64,000 nucleotides of DNA, taken from assembly GCA_965223665.1 (NCBI GenBank), contig OZ245011.1:416001-480000 (forward strand). The letters are read 5' to 3'. Shown piece by piece: positions 40,911-51,123 of this stretch. The number at the start of each line of letters is the position of its first letter. Position 1 is the first letter of the stretch. The position numbers and the translations under genes were made by a program. The notes under the pieces are model-generated. The model saw nothing but the letters and a program-made list of their open reading frames with translations. It ran no database searches and had not been told where the DNA came from. The stretch is from Nitrospinaceae bacterium. GTDB taxonomy: Bacteria; Nitrospinota; Nitrospinia; Nitrospinales; Nitrospinaceae.

Positions 40911-43100
40911 TTGGCAAATTTGGTTATCAAAAAACAAAAAATAAAGATTAGCCTGTTTTGGGTTGGGTTTGTGTATTTGAAAGTAATTGGAGTTTTTTTA
41001 TTCATTCCCACTTTATTGGTTGCATCTCAGAAAAAATTTCCTTTTCCGAGTATTGGTGATGGAAAAGAAGCTACAGAAGTAATTTTAACCCTGGTAGATG
41101 GAATAGAGGTTGATTCTGAAGGAAATATTTATTTATCTCATCGTTCAAAAAATCGGATTCGAAAAGTAAGTAAAGATGGAATCATTACAACCATTGCGGG
41201 AGATGGGAAGGTTGGCTTTCAAGGAGACGGTGGTCCCGCTTTAAAGGCATCTTTAAACTTTCCTGCCGGATTATGTCGGGATGGCAAGGGTAATTTATTT
41301 GTGGCTGACCGAAATAATCATAGGGTTCGAAAGATTGACTCTCACGGAATTATTTCCACCATAGCTGGAACAGGGGACCCGGATTGGGATGGGGATGATG
41401 GACCTGCAACCGAGGCAAAATTAAATTTCCCTTCGGATGTGGCCTGTGGAAAAGATGGAACTCTTTACATTTCTGACCGGTCTAACAACCGAATTCGTAA
41501 AGTAGATACTAGTGGAATTATTACTACTATTGCGGGTTTAGGGCCTGCAGATTTTGGGGGTGACTTTGGACCTGCTGAGGATGCTTTGCTAAAGTATCCT
41601 TTTGGAATTGAGTTGGATTTGAATGGGAATTTGTATATAGCGGACCGAGGGAATAATCGGATAAGAAAAATTAATTCCAGGGGAATCATTACTACCGTAG
41701 CGGGGGATGGAACCCATTTCTTCTCAGGAGATTATGGGCCAGCCACCCGGGCAAGTTTGGCTTACCCTACTGATGTTGCCTCTGACAAAAAGGGAAATAT
41801 TTTCATTGCAGACCGTAATAATAATCGGATTCGAAAGGTGGATAACCTTGGGATTATTACTACCGTAATGGGTTTAGGGAGGTATGAATATAATGGTGAT
41901 AATGAAATTGCTTCTGAAACCACTTTGCACCTTCCTTTTGCTTTGACGGTAAGCTCTGAGAATGAATTGATTGTAGTTGACCGGAATCATTTTCGAGTCA
42001 GGAGCATGCATTTAAATACCCATTCAGTAACCCCTGTTGCCGGAAACGGTCAGTCACTATTTCGTGGAGATGGAGGCCCAGGCTCTGGAGCCACTCTTGA
42101 ATCTCCATCTGGCATAGTAGTTCAACCCAATGGAACAGTGATATTTGCGGATAAAATGGCTAATCGACTTCGATATATAAACTCTAAAGGATTCATTTTT
42201 ACTTTTGCAGGTAATGGTAAGCAGGGGAATGAGGGAGATGGAGGGCAAGCGCGGTTAGCAGCTTTGTTTCTTCCTGATGGAATGACCAATGACAAAGAAG
42301 GAAATCTATATTTTATTTCCAATCAGGGTAATAGTTATTTGATCAGAAAAATTGACACTAATGGAAAAATAACCAAATTTGCTGGAAACGGGCGACAGGG
42401 ATATTCTGGGGATGGAGGACCGGCTTTACAAGCTTCCTTTGCTGTCATAAAAGATTTAACCACGGATGATTTAGGTAATGTTTATTTAGCTGATTCTATT
42501 AATCGAAATATTCGAAAAATTGATCCTGATGGAATAGTCTCAACAGTTGCATTGGAAAACTGGAAACTGATAAAAGACGAAGAAATTCATCCAAATGGTA
42601 TTGCAATTAATAAGGTTGGAGAAATTTTTATCTCTGATTCTGGAAGCAGTAAGATTCGAAAAATTGATAAAGAGGGTAATGTCACAACTTTTGCCGGAAA
42701 CGGTGATTTTTCAGATTCGGGTGATGGGGGACCAGCACTGGACGCAGGGATTCGGTCTCCAGGAGGTTTGGCATTTTCGCCTAACGGTGATTTATATATT
42801 GCTGAAGAAACGAGCCACCTAATTCGAAAAATAAATAAAGTGGGTATCATAAATCATGTGGCGGGTATAGGCCAAGCAGGATTTAGTGGTGACGGGGGTT
42901 CTGCAAAAGAGGCGATGCTTAAAAGCCCTTATCGTTTGGCCTTTGATGCTCAAGGAAACCTTTATTTCTCTGACCGTGACAATAACCGTATTCGAAAAAT
43001 TGATACGGAAGGTATTATTTCCACTGTTGCTGGAAACCAGAATATTGGATGGCTACAAGATGGTTTGGAAGTTCGGATTACAGTTCATAATTTCCCATGA
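40911..43100 (+). CDS. NHL-repeat (tandem beta-propeller) exported protein
   Basis: About 12 repeats of G.LYIADRxNNRIRKI..GIITT.AG.G..GF.GDGGPA. Start uncertain; TTG 40911 follows GAGGA. Confidence 0.88.
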   Translation: MANLVIKKQKIKISLFWVGFVYLKVIGVFLFIPTLLVASQKKFPFPSIGDGKEATEVILTLVDGIEVDSEGNIYLSHRSKNRIRKVSKDGIITTIAGDGKVGFQGDGGPALKASLNFPAGLCRDGKGNLFVADRNNHRVRKIDSHGIISTIAGTGDPDWDGDDGPATEAKLNFPSDVACGKDGTLYISDRSNNRIRKVDTSGIITTIAGLGPADFGGDFGPAEDALLKYPFGIELDLNGNLYIADRGNNRIRKINSRGIITTVAGDGTHFFSGDYGPATRASLAYPTDVASDKKGNIFIADRNNNRIRKVDNLGIITTVMGLGRYEYNGDNEIASETTLHLPFALTVSSENELIVVDRNHFRVRSMHLNTHSVTPVAGNGQSLFRGDGGPGSGATLESPSGIVVQPNGTVIFADKMANRLRYINSKGFIFTFAGNGKQGNEGDGGQARLAALFLPDGMTNDKEGNLYFISNQGNSYLIRKIDTNGKITKFAGNGRQGYSGDGGPALQASFAVIKDLTTDDLGNVYLADSINRNIRKIDPDGIVSTVALENWKLIKDEEIHPNGIAINKVGEIFISDSGSSKIRKIDKEGNVTTFAGNGDFSDSGDGGPALDAGIRSPGGLAFSPNGDLYIAEETSHLIRKINKVGIINHVAGIGQAGFSGDGGSAKEAMLKSPYRLAFDAQGNLYFSDRDNNRIRKIDTEGIISTVAGNQNIGWLQDGLEVRITVHNFP

Positions 43101-44071
43101 CATATATACAATTACGCCTTGGATTTTTATTTGGTCTATTTTTCTTTTGTGTGAACTTTGTTTTTGTTTTAGGTTCATGGGGTTTTGATGTGAATTCCAT
43201 GATCCTTAAGGAACTTAAAAAGAGCGGGACTTATTTAAAACTCAATTATAGCGGGATGCTATATGATAAAGGAATAAAACAACTTTCAAAATCAAGGTTA
43301 TTAAGAAAAGTGAAAGTATTAGATTTAAATACCCATGAAATTAGTGATGAAGGGGCAAAAGCTTTAGCTCAATCTAAATATTTAAAAAATTTAAGATCAT
43401 TAAACTTATTTAATAATCATATTAAAGCTCCAGGTGCTAAAGCTTTATTTGAATCTGATGCATATCCTGAATTGTTAGTTTTGAATTTATGGGGAAACGA
43501 AATTGGTGCTGAAGGAGTAAGGGAGTTAGCAAATTCGGATACGATAACCCACCTTGAAATCTTAGATTTAAATGGAAATCAAATAGGAGACAAGGGGTTA
43601 GAATACTTATCCCAATCAAAAAACTTAACGAATTTAAGAGAACTAAAGTTAGGTAACAACAAGATAAGTGATGCCGGTATTAAGGCAATCGCAGATTCCC
43701 CCTTTTTAGACCGTTTAGAAGTGCTTGAGTTGGCTGATAATCAAATTGGCCCCGAAGGAATAAAAGCATTAATAGAATCGGGTCGTTTGAAAAAAATCAG
43801 ATCCCTTCTTTTAAAGAAAAATAAAATAGGAAATGAAGGTTTAAGAGTTATTTCTAAATTCGAAGGCCCTCATTTAATGGAATTAGATATCCAATGGAAT
43901 GAAATAAATAATGAAGGTTTTATTTTTTTGAGCAAAGCTCAAAAATTAAATAACCTTCAATTTTTGCGAACTTGGGGAAATGAAATTGGAGATGGGGGAG
44001 TCAAAGCGCTTCAACAATCCAAATACTTTAAAATTAAAAATCCCATTTATCCTTCAGAATCTAATGAATGA
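43097..44071 (+). CDS. Exported leucine-rich repeat protein
   Basis: N-terminal hydrophobic segment; 27-aa LRRs; ATGA overlap with the NHL gene. Confidence 0.87.
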   Translation: MTYIQLRLGFLFGLFFFCVNFVFVLGSWGFDVNSMILKELKKSGTYLKLNYSGMLYDKGIKQLSKSRLLRKVKVLDLNTHEISDEGAKALAQSKYLKNLRSLNLFNNHIKAPGAKALFESDAYPELLVLNLWGNEIGAEGVRELANSDTITHLEILDLNGNQIGDKGLEYLSQSKNLTNLRELKLGNNKISDAGIKAIADSPFLDRLEVLELADNQIGPEGIKALIESGRLKKIRSLLLKKNKIGNEGLRVISKFEGPHLMELDIQWNEINNEGFIFLSKAQKLNNLQFLRTWGNEIGDGGVKALQQSKYFKIKNPIYPSESNE

Positions 44072-45389
44072 TTTGAACCACAATAATATTTCTCAGATGG
44101 CTAAGGATGCGAAAAATGCTGCATTGGTTCTAGCGGGTTTATCTGTTGAAATCAAGAACACTGCCTTAGAAAATATTGCTTCTACTATTGAAGCTAATAT
44201 GGATTCTTTATTGCAGGCTAATCAAAAGGATTTGGAATATGCTAAAAACGAAAATATTCCAGGTCCTTTGATAGCCAGATTAGCCTTGGATAAACCTAAG
44301 ATTTTGGGAATGGTAAAAGGAATTCGTAGTGTTTCCAAATTGCCTGACCCTGTTGGTAAATCAATGGGAGCCATTAAAATGGATGAAGGGCTTGTATTAC
44401 GAAGGGTTGCTTGTCCTATTGGAGTAATTGGAGCTATTTTTGAGTCACGTCCTGATGCAGTTCCACAAATTTCCTCCCTTTGTTTAAAGTCGGGTAACGC
44501 GGTCATTCTTAAGGGGGGGACTGAAGCTCAAAACTCAAATAAACTTCTAGTGGAATTAATTCGTAAAGGAATAATGAAATCCGGGGAAATTCCCGTTTGT
44601 GTAGTGCAGTTGATTGAAAGTAGGGCCGAGGTTGCGGAAATGCTGAAGCAGGACCAGTATATTAATCTAGTTGTCCCGCGAGGAAGCAACTCTTTTGTTC
44701 GCTATGTTCAAGAAAATACAAAGATTCCTGTGTTAGGTCATTCGGAGGGAATTTGTCATGTATATATTGATGATAAGGCGGAAATAAAAAAAGCAATAGA
44801 TATAACCTTAGATTCTAAGCTCCAATATCCGGCAGCCTGTAATGCTGTAGAGTCTTTACTAATTCATGAAAAAATTGCTTCCGAAGTACTTCCTACCCTG
44901 GCGAATCAATTAAAAGAAAAAGGGGTGGACTTAGTAGGTGATATGAGAGCCTGTAGTTTATTTCCAGAATTAAAACGTGCCAAAGAGGAAGATTGGGACA
45001 CAGAGTACAATGATTTAAAGTTATCGATCAAAATAGTAGAAACTCTGGGAGAAGCTATTAACCATATTAATCTGCATGGTTCTGGACATACAGATACCAT
45101 TGTAACTGAAGATCGAAATAACGCTGAAAACTTCATGAATGAAATTGATTCAGCAAGTGTGATGTGGAATGCTTCCACTCGTTTTGCAGATGGATTTCGG
45201 TTTGGATTGGGTGCTGAAATTGGAATTAGCACTAATAAAACCCATGCTCGTGGCCCCGTAGGATTAGAAGGTTTAGTGATTTACAAATTCAAACTTTATG
45301 GAAATGGACAAGTGGTTAAAGACTACTCAGGGCAAAACGCAAAAGAGTTTCTGCATGAAAAAATTGAAGAAGATGGGTTAGTGGATTGA
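44064..45389 (+). CDS. proA: Gamma-glutamyl phosphate reductase
   Basis: PIGVIGAIFESRP, KSGNAVILKGG, GICHVY, ACNAVE, NASTRFADG, HARGPVGL. Confidence 0.95.
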   Translation: MNDLNHNNISQMAKDAKNAALVLAGLSVEIKNTALENIASTIEANMDSLLQANQKDLEYAKNENIPGPLIARLALDKPKILGMVKGIRSVSKLPDPVGKSMGAIKMDEGLVLRRVACPIGVIGAIFESRPDAVPQISSLCLKSGNAVILKGGTEAQNSNKLLVELIRKGIMKSGEIPVCVVQLIESRAEVAEMLKQDQYINLVVPRGSNSFVRYVQENTKIPVLGHSEGICHVYIDDKAEIKKAIDITLDSKLQYPAACNAVESLLIHEKIASEVLPTLANQLKEKGVDLVGDMRACSLFPELKRAKEEDWDTEYNDLKLSIKIVETLGEAINHINLHGSGHTDTIVTEDRNNAENFMNEIDSASVMWNASTRFADGFRFGLGAEIGISTNKTHARGPVGLEGLVIYKFKLYGNGQVVKDYSGQNAKEFLHEKIEEDGLVD

Positions 45390-45456
45390 AGAAAACCAAC
45401 TCTTAAATCTAAAAACTGGATCTTCAAATTAAATATTATTTATCTCGGACAGAAAA

Positions 45457-46389
45457 ATGGAATTTCCCCCCGGGAATCGCTCAGATACATCTGAAAGCAA
45501 CTTATATTCTCCAAAAATTTCACCAAAAGTAGGGCAATTCCCTCCCCGTTTTGTAATCACCCCAAAAGTAATAATTATTTTCTTTTTACTTCTAGCCGGA
45601 ACCATTTATACAACCACCCTTACAAATGGTTTTTTATATTCGATGGCATTGTTAGCTATATTGGGCACTCATGAATTTGGCCATTACTGGGCTTGTCGGC
45701 GAAATAATGTGAATGCATCCCTTCCAAATTTTTTACCAGCTCCACCATTTTTCATGATAGGTACATTTGGAGCATTTATTATGATAAAAGAACCTATCCC
45801 AAATCGGAGGGCCTTAATAGAAATAGGTGCCTCGGGACCCATCGCAGGATTTGCTGTTGCCATCCCTGTGTTAATTATAGGGTTGATAAATTCTAAAGTT
45901 TCTGCGGTTCCAGTGGCAGACCCTAATTTGGGAATTTCTTTTGGTTCTTCTTTGATTTTAATTGCGTTTACTAAATTAACATTAGGCGTAAACGCTATGG
46001 CAACCGATATGACAATCCATCTTCATCCTGTTGCTTATGCAGGTTGGGTAGGGATGTTTTTTACTGGTTTAAATTTACTACCGATTGGACAATTAGATGG
46101 AGGACATATAACTTATTCCTTATTTGGGAAAAGACATAAGCTGATAGCTAAGATATTTTTTCTTCTTTTTATTCCTTTAGGTATTTATTGTTGGGGTTGG
46201 TATGTGTGGGCACTTCTAATTTTATTGATGGGATTGAGGCATCCTCCCCTTATGGAAGAATCGATATCTCTTAGTGAGGGGCATAAAAAAATTGGCTATT
46301 TATCAATTATTATTTTCATATTGACTTTTGTCCCAATTCCTATAGGATTTCCGCTCCTTGATTTCTTAAAAGTAATTGGATTATTGTGA
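45457..46389 (+). CDS. Site-2 protease (M50 family)
   Basis: HEFGH; IGASGPIAG; NLLPIGQLDGGH; multiple TMs. Confidence 0.92.
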   Translation: MEFPPGNRSDTSESNLYSPKISPKVGQFPPRFVITPKVIIIFFLLLAGTIYTTTLTNGFLYSMALLAILGTHEFGHYWACRRNNVNASLPNFLPAPPFFMIGTFGAFIMIKEPIPNRRALIEIGASGPIAGFAVAIPVLIIGLINSKVSAVPVADPNLGISFGSSLILIAFTKLTLGVNAMATDMTIHLHPVAYAGWVGMFFTGLNLLPIGQLDGGHITYSLFGKRHKLIAKIFFLLFIPLGIYCWGWYVWALLILLMGLRHPPLMEESISLSEGHKKIGYLSIIIFILTFVPIPIGFPLLDFLKVIGLL

Positions 46390-46599
46390 TCCAATTAGCT
46401 TTAAGGGCCAGTTTTATATCGGTTTTTCTAGAGCATCCCCGTGATGAGAGATTTCCTAAGTTAAGAAATTACAATAGTTTGCAGTTGCTAAGGGCATAAT
46501 TAAGAAATTAAATTCAAAAATATATTGTAACTATTTGTTTTTTTAAAGAAAAAAAATAGATTTTGTTAAATTTGGTTGGTTCTTTTAATGAAAATCGAG

Positions 46600-46627
46600 T
46601 TGACAAGAAGGCCTATTCCATGATACT
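46600..46627 (+). promoter_or_regulatory. Putative sigma70 promoter
   Basis: TTGACA (46600-46605), 16-nt spacer, GATACT (46622-46627). Confidence 0.55.
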
Positions 46628-46632
46628 TTTTC

Positions 46633-46779
46633 GATCGATACATTTGGGGTGCTGAACTTCAAATGCCTAATTTTTAGGCACTTTATATCGAGAGAGTTTA
46701 AAAAGATAGCCTTGTCTATCTTCTTGGTTGCCGTCAAGACCTCTTTTCGAAAGTTCAGTATCCCATTTGTTTTATGATC
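46633..46779 (+). ncRNA. Candidate structured RNA (unassigned family)
   Basis: 15-bp closing stem TGGGGTGCTGAACTT/AAGTTCAGTATCCCA enclosing four further helices; starts just after a promoter. Confidence 0.5.
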
Positions 46780-46830
46780 CCTCTTTGATAAGCTTACCTT
46801 TTATCCATATCCTGTAATTTTTATTCGAGG

Positions 46831-47721
46831 TTGTCTGTGTTCTTGCGTATTTTATTAATGGAGATTAACGTTCTCTGGTGGTCTCTAATCGGGTGTTTGG
46901 GAATAAGTTTAACTTTTCCATCTTTTGTGATTTCTCAGGAAATCGAATGTGATTCCTTGAAAGAACTCCCAGGTTTAGAGAAAACAGTTGGTTTAGCTCT
47001 AAAATATTCCTTAAAACCCTCAGAAAAAATGCAAAGGGATAGCTTAGAAGGAAAAAAGGTTATTCTTTTAGTTAAAAAAAATTACTATGAAATTCTTGCC
47101 CGGGAAGAACAGTTGTTAATTTCTGAAGAGGTGCAGGGTCACTTTGAAAAAGCAATTAAAAAGGCAGAAGAAAAATATGAGAATGAGGATGAGGAGGTTA
47201 CTCAATCAGCCATAACAAAATTAAAGCTGGGTTTGTCTGGAGCTAGAAATGATATAAGTGAATTCAATTATAAAAAAGATTTAGCACTAATTAATTTAAG
47301 TAAATTCTTAGGTTGTAAAAGTAAGTTGAGACCTATAAAGAGTAATATTAAATTTAAGCCTGTTGAATTTAAATACACTTCACTTGGTGCGGTTTTAAAG
47401 TCGAATTATGGGAAAAAAGCTATCGGGAAAACTAAAAATAAACCCAAAAAAATTTCATTAGAAGAAACTTTTGAGCTAGAAAGTTTGATAAGTAAAGTAA
47501 AGAGGGCGCGGAGCCAATTAGAATTGGCCAAGGAAAATCGCAAAATGACAAGGGCCTTATTGGTAACTGAAGTCGCTAATTACGATTTTGGAATAGGTAA
47601 TGAAGGCGACTTGTTTGAAGCTTTGATGATTTACACCCGAGTTTTGGTAGGTTATTATCAATCCATTTACGAATTCAACCTAGCAGTTGCTAAATTCGAT
47701 AAAGTATACCAAAGGCCTTAA
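46831..47721 (+). CDS. Hypothetical exported helical protein, outer-membrane-efflux (TolC)-like
   Basis: Signal-like N-terminus; VKKNYYEIL, NYDFGIG..DLFEAL and YEFNLAVAK resemble OEP helices; short (<300 aa). Start may be GTG 46837 or ATG 46858. Confidence 0.5.
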   Translation: MSVFLRILLMEINVLWWSLIGCLGISLTFPSFVISQEIECDSLKELPGLEKTVGLALKYSLKPSEKMQRDSLEGKKVILLVKKNYYEILAREEQLLISEEVQGHFEKAIKKAEEKYENEDEEVTQSAITKLKLGLSGARNDISEFNYKKDLALINLSKFLGCKSKLRPIKSNIKFKPVEFKYTSLGAVLKSNYGKKAIGKTKNKPKKISLEETFELESLISKVKRARSQLELAKENRKMTRALLVTEVANYDFGIGNEGDLFEALMIYTRVLVGYYQSIYEFNLAVAKFDKVYQRP

Positions 47722-47731
47722 GAGCGTATAA

Positions 47732-48832
47732 ATGGATTGGGAAGAGAAAAAGTATTGGATTGGTCTAAATATGGTAGATGGGGTTGGGAAAACCACCTTT
47801 TATAGGCTGATTCGTGCCTTGGGTTGTCCAGAAGCCGTTTTTTCTGCCTCTTATTCTGATCTAATTCAAATTGATTTTGTTGGGAAAAAAACAGCCGATC
47901 AAATTTTAAACTTTGATTTTGAAAGAAATGTAGAGTGGGAAATACGTCGAATTCAAACCAAGGGAGTTGAGGTTGTTACAAGGGATTGCCCTAATTACCC
48001 CAAATTACTGAATGAAATTTACGATCCCCCTCCTGTTTTATACTGTATTGGCAAAAATTTAGGGGAAATTCCTTTGCCTTTAGCTGTAGTTGGTACTCGG
48101 ATGGCCTCCAATTACGGAAAAAATATTACCAAGATTTTGTGTAAGGAGTTAGCCTCCTACGGATTTTGTATTATAAGTGGAATGGCGAGGGGGATCGATT
48201 CATTTGCTCACCAGGCAGCACTTGAGGCAAAAGGGAATACCATTGCTGTATTGGGTTGTGGTTTAGAATATACCTATCCTCCTGAAAACCGTCATTTGAA
48301 AAATCAAATTGCTGCAAATGGGACTGTGATCTCAGAATTTCCTATGATGACCGGGCCTGACCGTGGTAACTTTCCGGCTCGAAATAGAATTATTAGTGGA
48401 CTTTCTATTGGAACCTTGATAATAGAAGCGGGACATAAAAGCGGTGCTTTGATCACGGGGCAATTTGCTTTAGAGCAAGGTCGTGAAGTATTAGCAGTTC
48501 CCGGAAATATAAACTCAAGAAATAGTTGGGGAACCAACAGAATAATTAAGCTGGGAGCCAAATTAGTTGATGGGATTGATTCCATAATTGAAGAGCTTCC
48601 CTCGCATTTTAGAGAACAGTTATTAAATCCTAAAAATGATAAGATTGAAAAAAAAGATTTATCTTCAAACGAAAAACATTTAATCTCCTTAATGAGTGAT
48701 GGAGAATGTCATATTGATGATCTCATCCAAAACAGCAATTTGTCTCCTGCGGAAGTTTCCGCTACACTGATACAATTAGAGCTAAAGGGAATCATTCAGC
48801 AAGCCGAAGGGAAAATGTTTTCTACTTCTTAA
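47732..48832 (+). CDS. dprA: DNA-processing protein DprA
   Basis: AVVGTR, ISGMARGIDS.AH, FPARNRIISG, SGALITG, C-terminal winged helix. Confidence 0.95.
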   Translation: MDWEEKKYWIGLNMVDGVGKTTFYRLIRALGCPEAVFSASYSDLIQIDFVGKKTADQILNFDFERNVEWEIRRIQTKGVEVVTRDCPNYPKLLNEIYDPPPVLYCIGKNLGEIPLPLAVVGTRMASNYGKNITKILCKELASYGFCIISGMARGIDSFAHQAALEAKGNTIAVLGCGLEYTYPPENRHLKNQIAANGTVISEFPMMTGPDRGNFPARNRIISGLSIGTLIIEAGHKSGALITGQFALEQGREVLAVPGNINSRNSWGTNRIIKLGAKLVDGIDSIIEELPSHFREQLLNPKNDKIEKKDLSSNEKHLISLMSDGECHIDDLIQNSNLSPAEVSATLIQLELKGIIQQAEGKMFSTS

Positions 48833-48858
48833 TATTTTGTGGAATAGGGCATTAATGT

Positions 48859-51105
48859 ATGGGTAAGTCGCTATTAATAGTTGAGTCGCCTACCAAAGTT
48901 GAGACTCTTAAGAAAATTGTAGGAAAAAACTTTATCATTAAAGCCTCTGTTGGGCACATTAAGGATTTACCGAAGAAAAAACTTGGGGTGGATGTCGACA
49001 ATGATTTTCAACCCGAATATATTACCATTCGGGGAAAAGGAAAAGTTTTAAGTGCTCTCAAGGCAGCCGCCAAAAAGGCTGATAATATATATTTAGCCCC
49101 TGATCCGGATCGCGAGGGGGAAGCCATAGCATTTCACATAAATAATGAAATTTCGAAATTAACTAAAGGTAAAGTCTTTCGTGTCATGTTCAATGAAATT
49201 ACAAAACGGGCTGTCACGGAAGCTTTAGAGCATCCTACAGAATTAAATTCAAATAAAGTAAATGCTCAGCAGGCTCGACGAATTTTAGATCGATTAGTCG
49301 GATATAAAATCAGCCCTTTGTTATGGAAAAAAGTCCAAAGGGGTTTGAGTGCTGGACGAGTTCAATCCGTGGCTTTAAAGATTATTTGTGAACGCGAGCG
49401 TGAAATCCAGGATTTTAAACAAGAGGAATACTGGAGTATTACCATCGACCTTAAGGGAAGTAAGGCTCCCGATTTTTCAGCAAAACTCTTAAAAGTGGAT
49501 GGTAAAAAAACCGAAATTCCCAATGAGGAAATTGCCACTTCAATTGTTAAAGCAGTTGAAAATGATAAATTTTTGCTCAAGGATATTGTTAAGAAGGAAA
49601 AAAAACGAAACCCCTCCGCTCCTTTTATTACAAGCACATTACAGCAAGAAGCTTCTCGTAAATTAAACTTTTCTCCTAAAAAGACCATGATGTTAGCCCA
49701 AAGACTTTACGAAGGTCAACCTTTGGGTGACAGGGGAACGGTAGGTTTAATTACCTATATGCGTACGGACGCAACCAGGCTGGCAAACGAAGCCTTGGAT
49801 GACATCCGTGGATTTATCAAGGAAAAATATGGAGAGAAGTTCTTGCCTGAATCACCTAATGTATATAAAAGCAAAAAATCCGCACAAGAAGCCCACGAAG
49901 CTATTCGTCCTACCGACATCACTATTGAACCGAAATCTATAAAAAGTTTTTTAGAAAAAGATTTGTTTAAGTTGTACGAATTGATCTGGTTGAGAACTCT
50001 TTCCTGCCAGATGGTTCCTGCAATTATGGATACGACTCAATTTGATATTCATGCGAGTAATCATCTTTTTCGGGCGAACGGTTCCGTTATAAAATTTGAT
50101 GGTTTTATGAAAGTGTATGTTGAAGATACCGATGAAGACTCTCCTTCAGGACTTAAGAGTAATGAAAAAATTCTTCCTGATTTGGATAAAGGAGAAGAAT
50201 TGAGTCTTCTTAAAATATTGCCGGAACAGCATTTCACTCAACCACCTCCACGTTATACAGAAGCAATGTTAGTTAAGGCGTTGGAAGAAAAAGGAATAGG
50301 GAGGCCAAGTACCTATGCCGCAATTATAAGTGTTATTCGTGATCGTGATTATGTGAGATCAGAAGAAAAACGATTGGCTCCATCTGAATTAGGGTTTTTA
50401 GTTTCCGATTTACTGGTAGAAAATTTCCCGGATATTGTGAATGAAGAATTCACCGCTCAAATGGAAAATAAATTGGATGATATTGAGGATGGAAAATCGG
50501 TATGGGTGGATGCTCTTAAATCGTTTTACACCCCCTTCGAAAAGGATTTGATCGAAGCAGAAAAGAAAATGAAGGATATTAAGAAGCAGGTTGAGGAAAC
50601 GGATGAAGTATGTGAAAAGTGTTCTAGCCCAATGATAATTAAATGGGGCAGATTTGGGAAATTTATGGCTTGCTCGGCTTATCCTGAATGTAAGAATACA
50701 AAAGAAATCAGCAAGGACGGAGATGGGAAGTCATCTGTTGAAGAAAAAGTGGAAGGCGAATGTGATAAATGTAATGCTCCTCTAGTTATGAAAATGGGTA
50801 GATTTGGAAAATTTTTGGCTTGTTCCAAATACCCTGATTGTAAATTTACCAAACCTATTAGTCTTGGTGTATCATGTCCCGAAAAGGATTGCAAAGGATA
50901 CGTTTCTACCCGACGATCTAAAAAAGGGAGAACCTTTTATGGTTGTAGTGAATATCCCAATTGTAAGTTTGTTTCTTGGGATAAACCAGTGGGAGAGGCT
51001 TGCCCAAAATGCAACAATCCTTACATGGTACAAAAATGGAAAAAGAATGAGGGGGAAAGTATTGTCTGCCCCAACTGCAAGTATAAAAAAGAAGAAGCAG
51101 CTTAA
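48859..51105 (+). CDS. topA: DNA topoisomerase I
   Basis: IVESPTK, DPDREGEAI, SAGRVQS, ITYMRTD, GIGRPSTY, C-terminal Zn ribbons. Confidence 0.97.
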   Translation: MGKSLLIVESPTKVETLKKIVGKNFIIKASVGHIKDLPKKKLGVDVDNDFQPEYITIRGKGKVLSALKAAAKKADNIYLAPDPDREGEAIAFHINNEISKLTKGKVFRVMFNEITKRAVTEALEHPTELNSNKVNAQQARRILDRLVGYKISPLLWKKVQRGLSAGRVQSVALKIICEREREIQDFKQEEYWSITIDLKGSKAPDFSAKLLKVDGKKTEIPNEEIATSIVKAVENDKFLLKDIVKKEKKRNPSAPFITSTLQQEASRKLNFSPKKTMMLAQRLYEGQPLGDRGTVGLITYMRTDATRLANEALDDIRGFIKEKYGEKFLPESPNVYKSKKSAQEAHEAIRPTDITIEPKSIKSFLEKDLFKLYELIWLRTLSCQMVPAIMDTTQFDIHASNHLFRANGSVIKFDGFMKVYVEDTDEDSPSGLKSNEKILPDLDKGEELSLLKILPEQHFTQPPPRYTEAMLVKALEEKGIGRPSTYAAIISVIRDRDYVRSEEKRLAPSELGFLVSDLLVENFPDIVNEEFTAQMENKLDDIEDGKSVWVDALKSFYTPFEKDLIEAEKKMKDIKKQVEETDEVCEKCSSPMIIKWGRFGKFMACSAYPECKNTKEISKDGDGKSSVEEKVEGECDKCNAPLVMKMGRFGKFLACSKYPDCKFTKPISLGVSCPEKDCKGYVSTRRSKKGRTFYGCSEYPNCKFVSWDKPVGEACPKCNNPYMVQKWKKNEGESIVCPNCKYKKEEAA

Positions 51106-51123
51106 CTCCAATTTTAAAATAAC

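Noticed and set aside
40911-43100. Periodic DNA similarity in the NHL, LRR and propeller genes as a CRISPR array
   Set aside because: The repeats are in-frame, degenerate protein repeats with no constant repeat/unique spacer pattern and no cas genes.
46461-46510. Direct repeat TTAAGAAATTA (46461 and 46500)
   Set aside because: Short, low-complexity and in very AT-rich DNA; cannot be distinguished from chance without statistics.
46646-46660. GGGGTGCT as the start of a TPP riboswitch
   Set aside because: No CTGAGA or CCTGA..GTAGGGA core motifs follow, and no thiamine genes are downstream.
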